Source of the DNA: Puniceicoccaceae bacterium | Lineage (GTDB): Bacteria > Verrucomicrobiota > Verrucomicrobiia > Opitutales > Oceanipulchritudinaceae | Reading direction: 5' to 3' | Assembly (NCBI GenBank): GCA_040830765.1 | Contig: JBFOMH010000019.1 | Location: forward strand, 143,224 to 207,223 | Length of the DNA stretch: 64,000 bases | Part shown: positions 1 through 8,013 of the stretch, in pieces | How positions within the stretch are numbered: position 1 is the first letter of the stretch | Layout of the letters: the number at the start of each line of letters is the position of its first letter | The notes under the pieces: generated by a model | Seen by the model: the letters and a program-made list of their open reading frames with translations, nothing else | What the model was told of the DNA's origin: nothing | Databases searched by the model: none | Translations under genes and position numbers: made by a program

Positions 1-3000
1 TAGGCGAAAACGTTGGCAGACTTGCTGACAGTCGGCCGGAAAGTGTCTGCTTCAAATCTACTTCTGAATCCATCTCTACCAAGAGGTGATAGAGACTATC
101 AGAAGTCTCACCGGTATTCCCAAGGTCGAAGGACCCGCGATTCAAGGTCAACTCCCATGTGGCCAGGTCATCCTCCGGGTTTTGTGGATTCGGATTGGAC
201 AGTTGAACAGAACCACCCACGATATGGACGCCAAGCCCGCCAAAACCAGCACTGAAATCAAGGTTGTCCGTGTCCAGTTTCGTGCCAACGGTAACTTGAC
301 TGGAATCCCTCAAATAGAATTGCGGTGAGAGTGGATCCGATAGTTCGATTGCAAAGTCGAAATCCAGGTCAATGAGGTGCGCAAGGGTGAGATCACCGCC
401 TGCACTTATCAGGCTTGAGGGGATATTTCCCAGCTCCAGCGGAGCCAGATTGAAGTTCAATGGCAGCTCCTGACTTCCCCTGTCTCTAAAGTCAAATTCC
501 ACTTGCAGGAGATTATCCTCGAAGCTAACCGACCGGCTTTGAACAATGAGCCCATCGATGACTCCAGCAAATCCCGCTGTTGCCCGTATGGTTAGATTCG
601 CCGCATCCTGGCCCTGCTCCCAGACGACCTTGTAGCGACCGGGGAGATCCTCATTTGCCTGCAGGATCACCAAGTCCTCCTGACCCTCAAGCACATTCTC
701 CAAAACCAGTTGGCCAACATCGCCATTTCGCTCCAACAGTTCAAATTCGATAAAATAAGAGTTCCCCGCAACGAGAGGTGACTCGCTGTCCACTTCAAAA
801 ACCAGCGTATTGGTGGGATTTCCCGGAGATCCTAGAGCAACCATCTCCCCATCGTCTTCACCACGGACACGAATCGTATTTTCATCAACAATGACGGCTG
901 TGTACGGCTTCCCATCTTCCAATCCGGTGACATCGCTACTCCCGAACGTCCTGACGAAGACGATCCTGTCCCCTTCTGACAGATTATGCGGCGTTCCGAA
1001 TTGGATTGTGTTGTTAGCCGCATCCACGTCAGTCAGTGGATCAAAAGCCAGGGATACCGGGATAAATCCCGGATCCTCAATGCCTTCGACAATCACAAAT
1101 TCAGTGACAGCACCGAAGGTTGATTCCGTGCCTGAGATCGACCAGCCGCCGTTGAGCACCGGTGGACCGGCCAGCAGGCCGGAGGATCGCTCTTTTCCGT
1201 TGGAAATCTCAAACAAGGCATTGGAGAGGACCCGTTCCAGATCCGCGATGGTCAAGATTCCCGAACCTTCAATTTGATCGACGATTCCCCCGAATACATC
1301 CGACAGGTCGACCAAATCGTTGATACTTTTCTCCAGCAATATGATCTCCTGAGAAAATAAGTCATTGTTCTCAAACTCATCGATTGATGCCTGGAGTTCC
1401 CTCAGCCCTTGAACAATTTTCTGAAAAGCTAGTTCCTTTAATTTGTCCAGCTCGGGAAAGTCCTCCAAAGTGACGGAAAGAGAGGCAACATCGAAGATAT
1501 CGGTCCAGCTCACAACGATGAGCGGTTCGGTTCCTTCTTTTACCAAAGCATTGTGCAGGCTCGCGGGTCTCAACCGGACAGGCAGTTCAATATTCAGGGT
1601 GCCGGAGGGTCTGGCTTGGAATTCCGTTTTCCCTGGGTCGGTATAACTGCCTACTTCAAATAACGCTTCCTCAGGTTTGGAAACACTTTCCCAGATTTCC
1701 TTGAAGGTCATTTCTCGAGATGGATCCTTGGCCTTGATCACCAGAGTCGCTCGACCACTGCCCGATCCATCCTGAATGCCAACATTGAAGAACTGCAAAT
1801 CGGCCAAGGCATCCACATCTGATGCCTGAAAACCAAACTCAGCAGATAATTCGAAGTCCCTGATGAAGAAATTCTCCGAAAGGGAATTGGACAGAAGCGG
1901 GGCACCCGTAATCAATCCATCCCTATCGTTGTCGGTTGAGAGGATGCCCAGCCCAAACCCAGGAGCCCCGGCGGTTGAGCCATTGAGGGCGATGATGGAG
2001 AAGGTTCCGGCACCATCCGTTAAATCCTGAAACGCCAAATTGTTGGAGTCACCTGAGAGCCGCACTGAAATATTTTGTCCTACATGCAGCGTGTCTGTTG
2101 CTGGTCCTGAACTCGAGGAAACCTTGAGGTTGTATGCCAATCCAGCGTCACCGCCATACACGCGCAGGAAATAATCACCGGGCTCTAACTCCCTCAAGTC
2201 AATCTCTGGCAAATCCCCGGAGGTTAAGCGAATCGTATCCCCTGCATTGTCGATCAATTCAATAATCAACTCAGACAGCCCGAACCCCTCCAACGTGAGG
2301 CTATCTCCGGACTCCCCGGGCTCCTCAAGCGTGAACCGGAGCCAGTGTTCATCCTGACCGGACCGGAAAACCAGGCCGGTTACCTGATCAAGAAGACTAA
2401 ACCGGTTCAAATCAAGCGCGTCATCTCGACTGTCATACAAGCTCTCAGCTAAAGCGGGAACAAATTGCCCCTCGGCCTGAAGGATTGAATCCACAACCGC
2501 TCCAATAGTCGAAAGCCCATCCAGGCTGATCGGAAAGACGGTACCATCAGCCAATTGGAATCCAATGTCATCAAGCCCCGGAACCACTCCCCTCACCCCG
2601 TTATCATTATTCAGTTCGGATAGCGCTGTCCCGGATGTTAATTCCCGCCGCGACTCAGGAATACGAATTCCGAACACGAAGTTGGTCGCCAGTTCCGGCA
2701 CAATCGACAAAGTCCCATCCGTGCTGATATTGACCAAATCTCCAAGGCCTTCCGAGAAATCAAGTTCAGCGGTTAATGCTTCGAATGTGTGCCTGAAATC
2801 GATCTGGAAGGTCAACACTCCGGACGGCATGTCGAAATCGATCGCACTAAAGGCCGGAAAATCCAATTGGATGCCCTGGAGACTGTCGAAACCCGGTGAG
2901 CCCAGTTCGAGCTTCAGACCGTCGAAGAGTTCCCCGATGTAACGGAAAAAGTCCAACAGTTTATCAAGTGAAACATCGGGTAAAGTTATATCCCCAAGGT

Positions 3001-6000
3001 CCGGTAAACGGAGATTCTTGAGAAACGAAAAGTCAAATCCACTGAAGGCGGGCCCTTGTCCGAATTGGGTAAACCAGCCACTCAACTGGTCAAAGAGCCC
3101 GAGAAGATCAAACCCATCGAACAGGCTGAAGCGTCCAAAATCAAAACTGCCAGATCCCGGGTCTCCAGACTTCAGGCCATCAAACTTGAGCCAATCCGGG
3201 TTGAACTGGAAATCGAAGAATGTGTCCGGATCGATACACAAGTCGGTATCAATGCTCGTTGAAAACCCGTCCAGCTTTCGCTCATATCTTCCGATTTTCA
3301 CGATTAGGGGCAGGTTCAGATCAAACCGGACATCGCCGCAGTCCATGGCAATGAGTTCATCAAGCGATGAAGCAAGCATTTCAGCCACTGTAACCCGCCC
3401 ATCTGAATTGGGATCAACGAAATTGAGCTCTGTTGTCAGAAGGAAATCAAGCGTGGCATTTGCACTGTCGACCTGGGTTTTGAGCTCTCCAAGACGCGCT
3501 GTCACGTCAATGGGATTGCTATCCGGGCCGGCAACCGCCTTGGCAGAAAGACTCAGCAGGGGTAGAACCGCTCCCTCAGAATTCCGGGCACTAGAAATGA
3601 AGAATGCATTGGAAGAAACCTGGTCAACAGAGAGGTCTATGCCGAAGGTAAACGCCAGTTCCAGCGCGAGTTCAAGATCGACCGTTGTGTTGGAATCCAA
3701 GTCCAGTCCGATGTTCAGGTTATCCGCTGCATCTCCCAGATCGAGTGCGGCGTCCAGCGTCCTTTGCCCCTTGAAGACGATATTCTGGAATAGGATTTCA
3801 TTGCCACCTTCAATGACTATTTCAAAGTTCTCATCCAGGATGGGTGACCACTCCATGCCGTCGTGAATGAACGACTGCTTTTTTAATGTTTCGATCAGTC
3901 CAAAGCGGGTCGGTGCAGTGTCACCACTGAAGTAATTCTCAATCGGCTGAATCAGCGATTCATTGAGTTTGTCATAGATCTCGATAAGGTCGTAAATGGA
4001 ACGAGCTGCTTTGGCCAATTCCCCGTTATCCCGCTGTATCAACTCAACCAATCCCGGAATTTCCTTGGCGAGTTCGCTGGCGGCAATGTTCTCCGAGAGC
4101 ACCCGGACCAGGGCCCTGATTCCATCAAGGATGGTGGCCTGCAGTGGTTCGGACAGTATCTCTGTGGCAGGAGGGGGAGTGAAGTTGACCTGATAAATTC
4201 CCCAGTTGGTTTCCCGGTAGTCTATAGTGAGGCCGTCTACAGCCAACGATTCCCCCTCCCAGAATCGCGGGTCGTTGAAGTAAATGCTGTCAATGGAAGC
4301 CGGGCTGGAAGCCGCGGCATCCCTCAGGGCAACAAACTGGGTCCTTATCCAGGATGAGTCGTATTTATCGGCGTCGATAAGCAAATCCGCAATCTCCCAA
4401 AGGATGATCTCACTGTAAAATGCCTCCCGCGCTTGAAGAGCCGTACTCCAATCAAATCCTGCTACGCTTGAATCAGCTGCCCGGTATGAACCGTCAGGAT
4501 TTTCAACGATGACGAAACTGTCACCCCCCGGCGCCGCGACGTAAGTCATCAGCTGCCCGGTGCTATCCGATTCAAGAACGCCAAAGAAAGGGGTGTAGGT
4601 TCGGCTGCCGTCCGTTCTCAGGTTACCATTCTCATCGAAGGGCCGATTGCTGACCTCAATGAACGTAATCGGCGTATTGTCCGGGACCTCGAAGTCTATT
4701 TGCAGGCCCAATTCGTGGAGGTCGTCCTGATCGTCAGGAGGACCATGCAAGGGCGTGTCCCCACCCTGCCTCAAACTGGCACTACGCAACTCCAATGCTG
4801 GCCCGGCTGATTCCAGCAGGTTAGCAGCCCGGTAGATTATTTCCGCAGCCCAGCTGGTTCCCCAATCCTCAAGCTGGGCCTTGCCATCTACACCCATCTG
4901 GACATCGAGCCCTTCCGATTGATTGTCAGAGAATTGTTCCCACCCGGGTGCATTGGGATCGTTAAGCCACGTCGGTAGTAATTCATTACTGGGGGTGTGC
5001 TCAATTGCCGCGGAGGCAGAGGTCTTGAACGAAACCGCCCCGTTAAACAGTCCAATTGCATGAGCAGTCCCGCTTCCAATCTGCCCGGATAAGGGCAACT
5101 CATTTCCTAAAGCACTGGGAAATCCCAGGAAATTGAGCCGCTGCTGAACACGTAAGACATTCAAGGCGTCCGTCCCAGCCTGGACGGCGAATTCCCCTGT
5201 TTGTGAGTAGCCTCTGTCCACTTGAATCGTGAACGACCTCGCTGCTCCTCCGTTGACCCGGTAATTGCCGGTCAGGAATCCTTGAAATCCCCGGCTGGCG
5301 GGATCGACATCGGTAACTCCCAATGCCGTGCTGGGGGCGAAATGGAATATTCCTGTCGATGCGAATGTCCCTGTTGGAGAGTTGTCGTATTCAAATTCTG
5401 TAAACAGGGTCCCGATCAATTCAGTCCCATCGTAAATCGCCCAACTTCCTGATGGATTTTCCTGCGTTGTGTATCCATCAAACCCAACCAGTTCATAGGT
5501 CGAGCCCGACGGCTGTTGCCCGCCAAGGTTGACCTCAATGAAATCTCCTGTCCGTCCTTCAGTGAAAACGCCCCCCCCGAGACTGACATTGTCCAAATGC
5601 ACCTCGGCCTGGATGGCGTTGTCACTACCTCCATCAAGTGAGACCTCGAGCCGATAGATCTCCCTACCTGCAAAGCCTGCCGGCAGATTAAGACGAAGTG
5701 ACCGGAAAGCCCCATCCTGGGCAACAAGAGAAACCGAGGGCAAATGGATCACCGCTGAGTTGTCCGATGGTAAAAGGGCAATATTCAGGACATCATCTTG
5801 CGACGGACTGACTACTTGCAGATCCACGTGTAGTTCCGTGGCAAAACTGGGAATGTAGAACCAATTGTGGACCCTTGTCGCTGAGGCTTCATTGAGAATC
5901 AGGAAGTGGTTATTGCCGCGACCAAGACCAACACGGGCAGTCTCTCCACCACCGTGGTGGGACCAGCCAGGTTCGATATTAGTCGAATTGGAACTTTCCG

Positions 6001-7786
6001 GTTCTAAAGGTGGGGTCTCGAAATCACCATGCACAATCTCCAAAGGATCCCATTGAGGCGCCCAACGGACCTCGGTGAACTGCTGTTCCGACAATCCCAA
6101 AACGCGGAGTGCGTCTATGGCAGCAGAACCATCATCGTTTACCAGTTGGTCGGGGGTATTGTCGTGGTTCTGGGGATTTGAACTTGCGTTGACATCGCCG
6201 AAGAAAACCGGATCCGGCCGCACAGCTGTGCTGGGCATGCTGTCCAATGACTTCGCCGCGGTGCTGTAGGCATATCCAGTATTGGAAAAAATAGGATTCA
6301 AGTCTGTCTCGGGCAAAATCGCACCTTTAGGAATCGTCCCCTGGATAGTCGCCATGTAAAATGTCGACCAGACCCAGCTGTGGTCGCCCCCAAAATCCTT
6401 AGCTAACAATTCGTACTTTTCAGGGAGATAGGGATCGACCAGGAAATTGTAAGCTCCTGGTATTGGCCGGCCTCCTGGTACTGCAATGCCTCCGATACTA
6501 TTCTTGTTCTCAGTCTGGTAGTAGACGTCAGCGAATTCGACATTATCCCAAATGGTTGCCCCATACCCGTTTTGGATCTGGAAAGTATCGTAGAGAATGG
6601 TGTTGAATTGCGGCAGCCCGATCCCAGATTGCCCCTGCAGTTCGTCAATAGGAATCAGGATCTGGTCGAAGTCATGAGGATCCAGGAAGGTAACGTGGTC
6701 GACAGGAACATCATACCGGGCAAGGCGCTCTACAGCTTCACTTGTGACTGCTGAGCCAAAACTGTGCGCGATGAAGTGCAGTGGAATGTCGTTGGCAGCT
6801 CCCAACTCAGGTTCTACCAAGCCCAGCCCGGTTAGCATTGAAAAAAGCGCATCGCCTGCTGCCTCCGTCCATCCGGAGGTGGGCTCATTTGACTCAACCG
6901 CCCAATCAAACAGGAGTATGAGGTGTCCAGATTGACCAACATCCAGAACTGGGTCCGGCAGAATACTTGAATTCACCTCAGTGCTCGATCGATCAAATCC
7001 TCCCGCACCTCCTTGGTCGACTAAATCATAATCCAGCAACCAGGCTTTCTGTACGGTATCACCATTTGAGGTTATTCTCTGGTGTATTGCCTGGGCCAAC
7101 TTCCAGAGCGCATCCCCGGATTCTGCCCCATAGTCTTCCAACGCAGCTCGAAGTGAAGGCGTAAGTTCAGGATAGGATTTTAGGATGAGATCTATCGTTC
7201 CCTCAAATCCCATTTGGAATCCGTGGGTAATCACGGTCACTCCCGTGATGACCAAGTCTTTTAGCTGAGTCGCAATCTCTTGCAACGACAATAAGGATTG
7301 GTCCACTGACTCGAATACTGGTCCATTGTATTGTTCGGATGGAGGCGCCCTCGGCATCAACGATCCAGAAGTTGACTGATCGGACAAATTTGTCCTGTCC
7401 GTTTGATCTCCGGATATACTGCCTGCAGCAGCTGAGTAACTGGTAGTATCCGACAAGAGGAATTGCTCTATGGCTTGCCCATCAAGTAGTTCAAGGCTCA
7501 ATTCGGGACCGATCGCATTACCCTCGCTGGAAGTGTCAAAATTCTCCTTTTCCCCGAGAAGTTCCTGGTCTTCCACGTCGAAAATTCCGTGCTTGTGGGT
7601 ATCAGACCCATTACCTGCAACGGATATTTCACTCTCAATATCTGCGCTAAATACCTCACTTGTTTGTGCCTGATCTTCGAAGATATCCTCTTGATAGCCA
7701 ACAGGCATACCTTCTCCAGAAAGCAAGAGCCGGGGCTCAAGCCTCTCCAAATCGAAACTTCGTCGAGCTGGAATTTTCTTTGGCAC
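1..7786 (-). CDS. Second giant protein (>2,590 aa, 3'-partial): LEPR-XLL motif protein with alpha/beta-hydrolase, PG-binding-like and MepA-like domains
   Basis: Manual translation: GTG at 7786 (in-frame TGA three codons upstream) gives MPKKIPARRSFDLERLEPRLLLSGEGMPVG..., reading to ...GRLSASLPTFSP at the window edge. Frame checked at 7741, 7351, 6769, 6382, 4864, 4717, 3340, 3238 and position 4. The exact start codon is uncertain. Confidence 0.92.
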   Translation of the reverse strand, partial: MPKKIPARRSFDLERLEPRLLLSGEGMPVGYQEDIFEDQAQTSEVFSADIESEISVAGNGSDTHKHGIFDVEDQELLGEKENFDTSSEGNAIGPELSLELLDGQAIEQFLLSDTTSYSAAAGSISGDQTDRTNLSDQSTSGSLMPRAPPSEQYNGPVFESVDQSLLSLQEIATQLKDLVITGVTVITHGFQMGFEGTIDLILKSYPELTPSLRAALEDYGAESGDALWKLAQAIHQRITSNGDTVQKAWLLDYDLVDQGGAGGFDRSSTEVNSSILPDPVLDVGQSGHLILLFDWAVESNEPTSGWTEAAGDALFSMLTGLGLVEPELGAANDIPLHFIAHSFGSAVTSEAVERLARYDVPVDHVTFLDPHDFDQILIPIDELQGQSGIGLPQFNTILYDTFQIQNGYGATIWDNVEFADVYYQTENKNSIGGIAVPGGRPIPGAYNFLVDPYLPEKYELLAKDFGGDHSWVWSTFYMATIQGTIPKGAILPETDLNPIFSNTGYAYSTAAKSLDSMPSTAVRPDPVFFGDVNASSNPQNHDNTPDQLVNDDGSAAIDALRVLGLSEQQFTEVRWAPQWDPLEIVHGDFETPPLEPESSNSTNIEPGWSHHGGGETARVGLGRGNNHFLILNEASATRVHNWFYIPSFATELHVDLQVVSPSQDDVLNIALLPSDNSAVIHLPSVSLVAQDGAFRSLRLNLPAGFAGREIYRLEVSLDGGSDNAIQAEVHLDNVSLGGGVFTEGRTGDFIEVNLGGQQPSGSTYELVGFDGYTTQENPSGSWAIYDGTELIGTLFTEFEYDNSPTGTFASTGIFHFAPSTALGVTDVDPASRGFQGFLTGNYRVNGGAARSFTIQVDRGYSQTGEFAVQAGTDALNVLRVQQRLNFLGFPSALGNELPLSGQIGSGTAHAIGLFNGAVSFKTSASAAIEHTPSNELLPTWLNDPNAPGWEQFSDNQSEGLDVQMGVDGKAQLEDWGTSWAAEIIYRAANLLESAGPALELRSASLRQGGDTPLHGPPDDQDDLHELGLQIDFEVPDNTPITFIEVSNRPFDENGNLRTDGSRTYTPFFGVLESDSTGQLMTYVAAPGGDSFVIVENPDGSYRAADSSVAGFDWSTALQAREAFYSEIILWEIADLLIDADKYDSSWIRTQFVALRDAAASSPASIDSIYFNDPRFWEGESLAVDGLTIDYRETNWGIYQVNFTPPPATEILSEPLQATILDGIRALVRVLSENIAASELAKEIPGLVELIQRDNGELAKAARSIYDLIEIYDKLNESLIQPIENYFSGDTAPTRFGLIETLKKQSFIHDGMEWSPILDENFEIVIEGGNEILFQNIVFKGQRTLDAALDLGDAADNLNIGLDLDSNTTVDLELALELAFTFGIDLSVDQVSSNAFFISSARNSEGAVLPLLSLSAKAVAGPDSNPIDVTARLGELKTQVDSANATLDFLLTTELNFVDPNSDGRVTVAEMLASSLDELIAMDCGDVRFDLNLPLIVKIGRYERKLDGFSTSIDTDLCIDPDTFFDFQFNPDWLKFDGLKSGDPGSGSFDFGRFSLFDGFDLLGLFDQLSGWFTQFGQGPAFSGFDFSFLKNLRLPDLGDITLPDVSLDKLLDFFRYIGELFDGLKLELGSPGFDSLQGIQLDFPAFSAIDFDMPSGVLTFQIDFRHTFEALTAELDFSEGLGDLVNISTDGTLSIVPELATNFVFGIRIPESRRELTSGTALSELNNDNGVRGVVPGLDDIGFQLADGTVFPISLDGLSTIGAVVDSILQAEGQFVPALAESLYDSRDDALDLNRFSLLDQVTGLVFRSGQDEHWLRFTLEEPGESGDSLTLEGFGLSELIIELIDNAGDTIRLTSGDLPEIDLRELEPGDYFLRVYGGDAGLAYNLKVSSSSGPATDTLHVGQNISVRLSGDSNNLAFQDLTDGAGTFSIIALNGSTAGAPGFGLGILSTDNDRDGLITGAPLLSNSLSENFFIRDFELSAEFGFQASDVDALADLQFFNVGIQDGSGSGRATLVIKAKDPSREMTFKEIWESVSKPEEALFEVGSYTDPGKTEFQARPSGTLNIELPVRLRPASLHNALVKEGTEPLIVVSWTDIFDVASLSVTLEDFPELDKLKELAFQKIVQGLRELQASIDEFENNDLFSQEIILLEKSINDLVDLSDVFGGIVDQIEGSGILTIADLERVLSNALFEISNGKERSSGLLAGPPVLNGGWSISGTESTFGAVTEFVIVEGIEDPGFIPVSLAFDPLTDVDAANNTIQFGTPHNLSEGDRIVFVRTFGSSDVTGLEDGKPYTAVIVDENTIRVRGEDDGEMVALGSPGNPTNTLVFEVDSESPLVAGNSYFIEFELLERNGDVGQLVLENVLEGQEDLVILQANEDLPGRYKVVWEQGQDAANLTIRATAGFAGVIDGLIVQSRSVSFEDNLLQVEFDFRDRGSQELPLNFNLAPLELGNIPSSLISAGGDLTLAHLIDLDFDFAIELSDPLSPQFYLRDSSQVTVGTKLDTDNLDFSAGFGGLGVHIVGGSVQLSNPNPQNPEDDLATWELTLNRGSFDLGNTGETSDSLYHLLVEMDSEVDLKQTLSGRLSASLPTFSP
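2125..2440 (-). other. PPC-like (pre-peptidase C-terminal) beta domain in gene 2
   Basis: DSRDDALDL...QDEHWLRFTL...IELIDNAG...LEPGDYFLRVYG...YNLKV pattern. Confidence 0.6.
4181..4870 (-). other. Degenerate MepA-like (M74 / LAS-type) murein endopeptidase domain in gene 2
   Basis: WGT...ASLRQGG..LH...HELGLQID (H-x6-D, 4694-4717) resembles MepA GG..H.SHQ.GLD.D, followed by YFNDP. The expected HxH is replaced by NWGIYQVNF. Confidence 0.5.
5042..5170 (-). other. Peptidoglycan-binding (PG_binding_1-like) motif in gene 2
   Basis: NVLRVQQRLNFLGF...LSGQIGSGTAHAIGLFN matches the V..lQ.rL..lG....G..G..T..Ai..F consensus. Confidence 0.65.
5580..6040 (-). other. Carbohydrate-binding-module-like jelly-roll domain in gene 2
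   Basis: Begins IVHGDFE...PGW and ends VHLDNVSL, the GdFE..GW..DnV pattern of CBM4/9-like folds. Confidence 0.5.
6340..7245 (-). other. Alpha/beta-hydrolase (lipase/esterase-like) domain in gene 2
   Basis: Motifs occur in canonical order: VTVITHGF (oxyanion), LFDW, LHFIAHSFGS (nucleophile elbow, 6755-6769), VTFLDPHD (acid, 6671-6682), GGDHSW (His, 6380-6382). Confidence 0.8.
7718..7741 (-). other. LEPR-XLL (LEPRLLLS) N-terminal motif of gene 2
   Basis: Codons ctt gag ccc cgg ctc ttg ctt tct follow a basic N-terminus (KKIPARR). The motif is typical of large extracellular proteins in Planctomycetes and other bacteria. Confidence 0.9.
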
Positions 7787-7848
7787 TGAAGGTCACGGAG
7801 AGCTACGCTTAGACCCTGTAAGGTCGCGAACAATACTTTCATATCAGC

Positions 7849-7857
7849 TCACCTCCA
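7849..7857 (-). promoter_or_regulatory. Strong Shine-Dalgarno (GGAGGTGA) upstream of ATG 7842, out of frame with gene 2
   Basis: Minus strand reads tGGAGGTGAgctgatATG, with 6 nt between GGAGGTGA and ATG. Confidence 0.5.
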
Positions 7858-7867
7858 GTGGTCAAGA

Positions 7868-7905
7868 ATTTACATTAATACTATCTATTAAAATCGCTAA
7901 TACTT
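7868..7905 (-). promoter_or_regulatory. AT-rich candidate promoter/operator upstream of gene 2
   Basis: Strongly AT-rich patch. Weak sigma70-like TTAGCG-N17-TAATGT on the minus strand overlaps the inverted repeat TTAATA-N5-TATTAA (7875-7891). Confidence 0.3.
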
Positions 7906-7948
7906 AGGGCCTCCGCTTATCCCGACATCGTTGACTTTAGATGAGTCT

Positions 7949-8012
7949 TGGAGGAACCGATACGCCCCTCTTTCGAGGCCTCCAGGCAAGGTGAGCCGGT
8001 TAACCAAACCGG
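7949..8012 (-). other. Stem-loops immediately downstream of the gene 1 stop
   Basis: CCGGTT-N5-AACCGG (7996-8012) and CCTC-GAAA-GAGG (7967-7978), the latter enclosed by TGGAGG/CCTCCA (7979-7984 / 7949-7954). No U-tract. Confidence 0.45.
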
Positions 8013-8013
8013 A

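Noticed and set aside
13..7789. Short ORFs on both strands over 1-7.8 kb
   Set aside because: Shadows of the uncalled gene 2. The 7498..7842 ORF is kept only as a regulatory question because of its SD.
7905..7990. c-di-GMP-I riboswitch call
   Set aside because: Only partial resemblance, with the conserved ligand-binding core not found. Kept as a general structured-RNA finding.
7949..8012. Rho-independent terminator after gene 1
   Set aside because: The hairpins are short and lack a U-tract.
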